A stretch of 64,000 bases of DNA, taken from positions 7,789 through 71,788 of IMG/VR virus record IMGVR_UViG_3300032242_000920. One strand, 5' to 3'. Below the pieces are notes generated by a model. The model was not told the origin of the DNA. It did not search any database and saw only the letters and a list, made by a program, of their open reading frames with translations. Source of the stretch: a virus. Below are positions 63,015 through 64,000 of this stretch, piece after piece (position 1 is the first letter of the stretch; every line of letters starts with the position of its first letter). Both the position numbers and the translations under genes were made by a program.

Positions 63015-63644
63015 ATGTCTAATCGTTTTGTAATCAGTGACACTCACTTTGGTCATACTAACAGTTGGGAAAAGTTCAAGCTGCCCAACGGTGAGCCTCT
63101 GCGTCCATTCACTTCAACCGAAGAGATGGATGAGACGATGGTTGAGCGTTGGAATGCCAAAGTTGGTCCTCATGATACGGTGTATCATCTTGGCGATGTT
63201 GTGATCAACAGAAAATCTCTACATCACGTCAAGCGACTAAACGGTAAGAAGCGCCTGGTTCGTGGCAATCACGACATCTTCCGTGATGCTGACTATCGTG
63301 ACGTTGGTTTTGATAGTCTGTATGGTGTTCGTGTGTTTGTGGACCAGTTTATTCTGAGCCATATCCCGCTGCATCCTGACTGTGTGACTGATCGTTTTCG
63401 TGTGAATGTGCATGGTCATCTCCATGCCAATGAGGTTATGCGAACAAGAACTAACATGGCTCATGGGTATATGACTGGTCTAGTTACCGAACCAGATCCT
63501 CGTTATCTGTGCGTTTCTGTCGAGCACACTAACTACGAGCCTCTGTCTTTTGAGGAAGTCGAAGCTCGTATCAAGGCTCGTTGGGAAGCAACTGGTTATG
63601 TCGGACCCGAGAAGGCTTGGGGCAATGGAAGTGGACCAAACTAA
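63015..63644 (+). CDS. Calcineurin-like metallophosphoesterase
   Basis: SDTHFGH, HLGD, GNHD, SHIP, HGHLH. Confidence 0.92.
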   Translation: MSNRFVISDTHFGHTNSWEKFKLPNGEPLRPFTSTEEMDETMVERWNAKVGPHDTVYHLGDVVINRKSLHHVKRLNGKKRLVRGNHDIFRDADYRDVGFDSLYGVRVFVDQFILSHIPLHPDCVTDRFRVNVHGHLHANEVMRTRTNMAHGYMTGLVTEPDPRYLCVSVEHTNYEPLSFEEVEARIKARWEATGYVGPEKAWGNGSGPN

Positions 63645-63817
63645 TGACTAAGAAAGATGCAATCATTGCCACAGCAAAAGCGTGGTTAGTTATCTTAATT
63701 TTTATTGGATTACTGTTTACTACTTGCATGTTTCCTGATATTATGGTCCCATGCTGGATTGTGGTTATTACTTCATTTCTGGTATATGTAACGTATCGGT
63801 TTAATTTGGAGAACTAA
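63644..63817 (+). CDS. Two-TM membrane protein
   Basis: TAATG coupling; two hydrophobic helices. Confidence 0.6.
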   Translation: MTKKDAIIATAKAWLVILIFIGLLFTTCMFPDIMVPCWIVVITSFLVYVTYRFNLEN

Positions 63818-64000
63818 GTGAACATCTTCTATCTCGACAAATCCCCGCAGCAGTGTGCAGAGTGGATGGTAGACAAACATGTGGTCAAGATGATTGTCGA
63901 GACTGCTCAACTACTATCCACCGCACATCGTGTTCTAGATGGTGCTCCTGTTGAGGTTACTTATAAGATTCCTGACAAAATTATTGATATGCCATTTGAA
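63818..64000 (+). CDS. Pyrimidine-dimer DNA glycosylase-family (DenV-related) protein, 3'-truncated
   Basis: GTG start; MNIFYLDKSPQQCAEWMVDKHVVKMIVETAQLLSTAHR. Confidence 0.75.
   Translation, partial: MNIFYLDKSPQQCAEWMVDKHVVKMIVETAQLLSTAHRVLDGAPVEVTYKIPDKIIDMPFE

Noticed and set aside
1-64000. tRNA/rRNA genes or stop-codon reassignment
   Set aside because: No cloverleaf or T-loop pattern seen by eye in the short intergenic gaps. Core genes end at TAA, TAG and TGA at expected lengths under the standard code. A tRNAscan run would confirm.

Overview
This window is a 64-kb segment of a T4-like (Tevenvirinae/Kyanoviridae-type) myovirus genome, AT-rich and almost entirely on the + strand. The host is probably a Gram-negative alphaproteobacterium, which is an inference from the spanins, the ROSE-like hsp20 leader and the GC-rich acquired island. 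Gene order is: baseplate and several tail-fibre/adhesin modules (1-18.3 kb); neck, terminase, tail, portal and head genes gp13-gp23 with no gp24 after gp23 (18.3-31.9 kb); gp3, uvsY, uvsW, gp55, gp47, gp46, accessory enzymes, gp45, gp44, gp62, regA and hsp20; an inverted lysis cassette (GH19 endolysin, Rz, nested Rz1); gp43, uvsX, gp41, a free-standing HNH endonuclease and a UDP-sugar dehydrogenase; then an early region of short promoter-driven cassettes with a split RNA-repair set and a GC-rich island carrying a DfrB-fold gene. The main non-obvious signals are: (1) three late-promoter genes (a zinc peptidase, a nucleotidyltransferase and an unlisted 53-aa peptide) whose N-termini resemble the T4 capsid-targeting sequence, suggesting enzymes packaged in the head and injected; (2) early promoters whose untranscribed spacer is the reverse complement of the downstream ribosome-binding site, forming self-insulating promoter/terminator cassettes; (3) consensus sigma70 promoters firing antisense into late genes; (4) a structured leader bracketed by convergent late-promoter motifs in front of the HNH gene; (5) a modular fibre-adapter/tip system. 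All calls come from motif recognition by eye and no database search was run.
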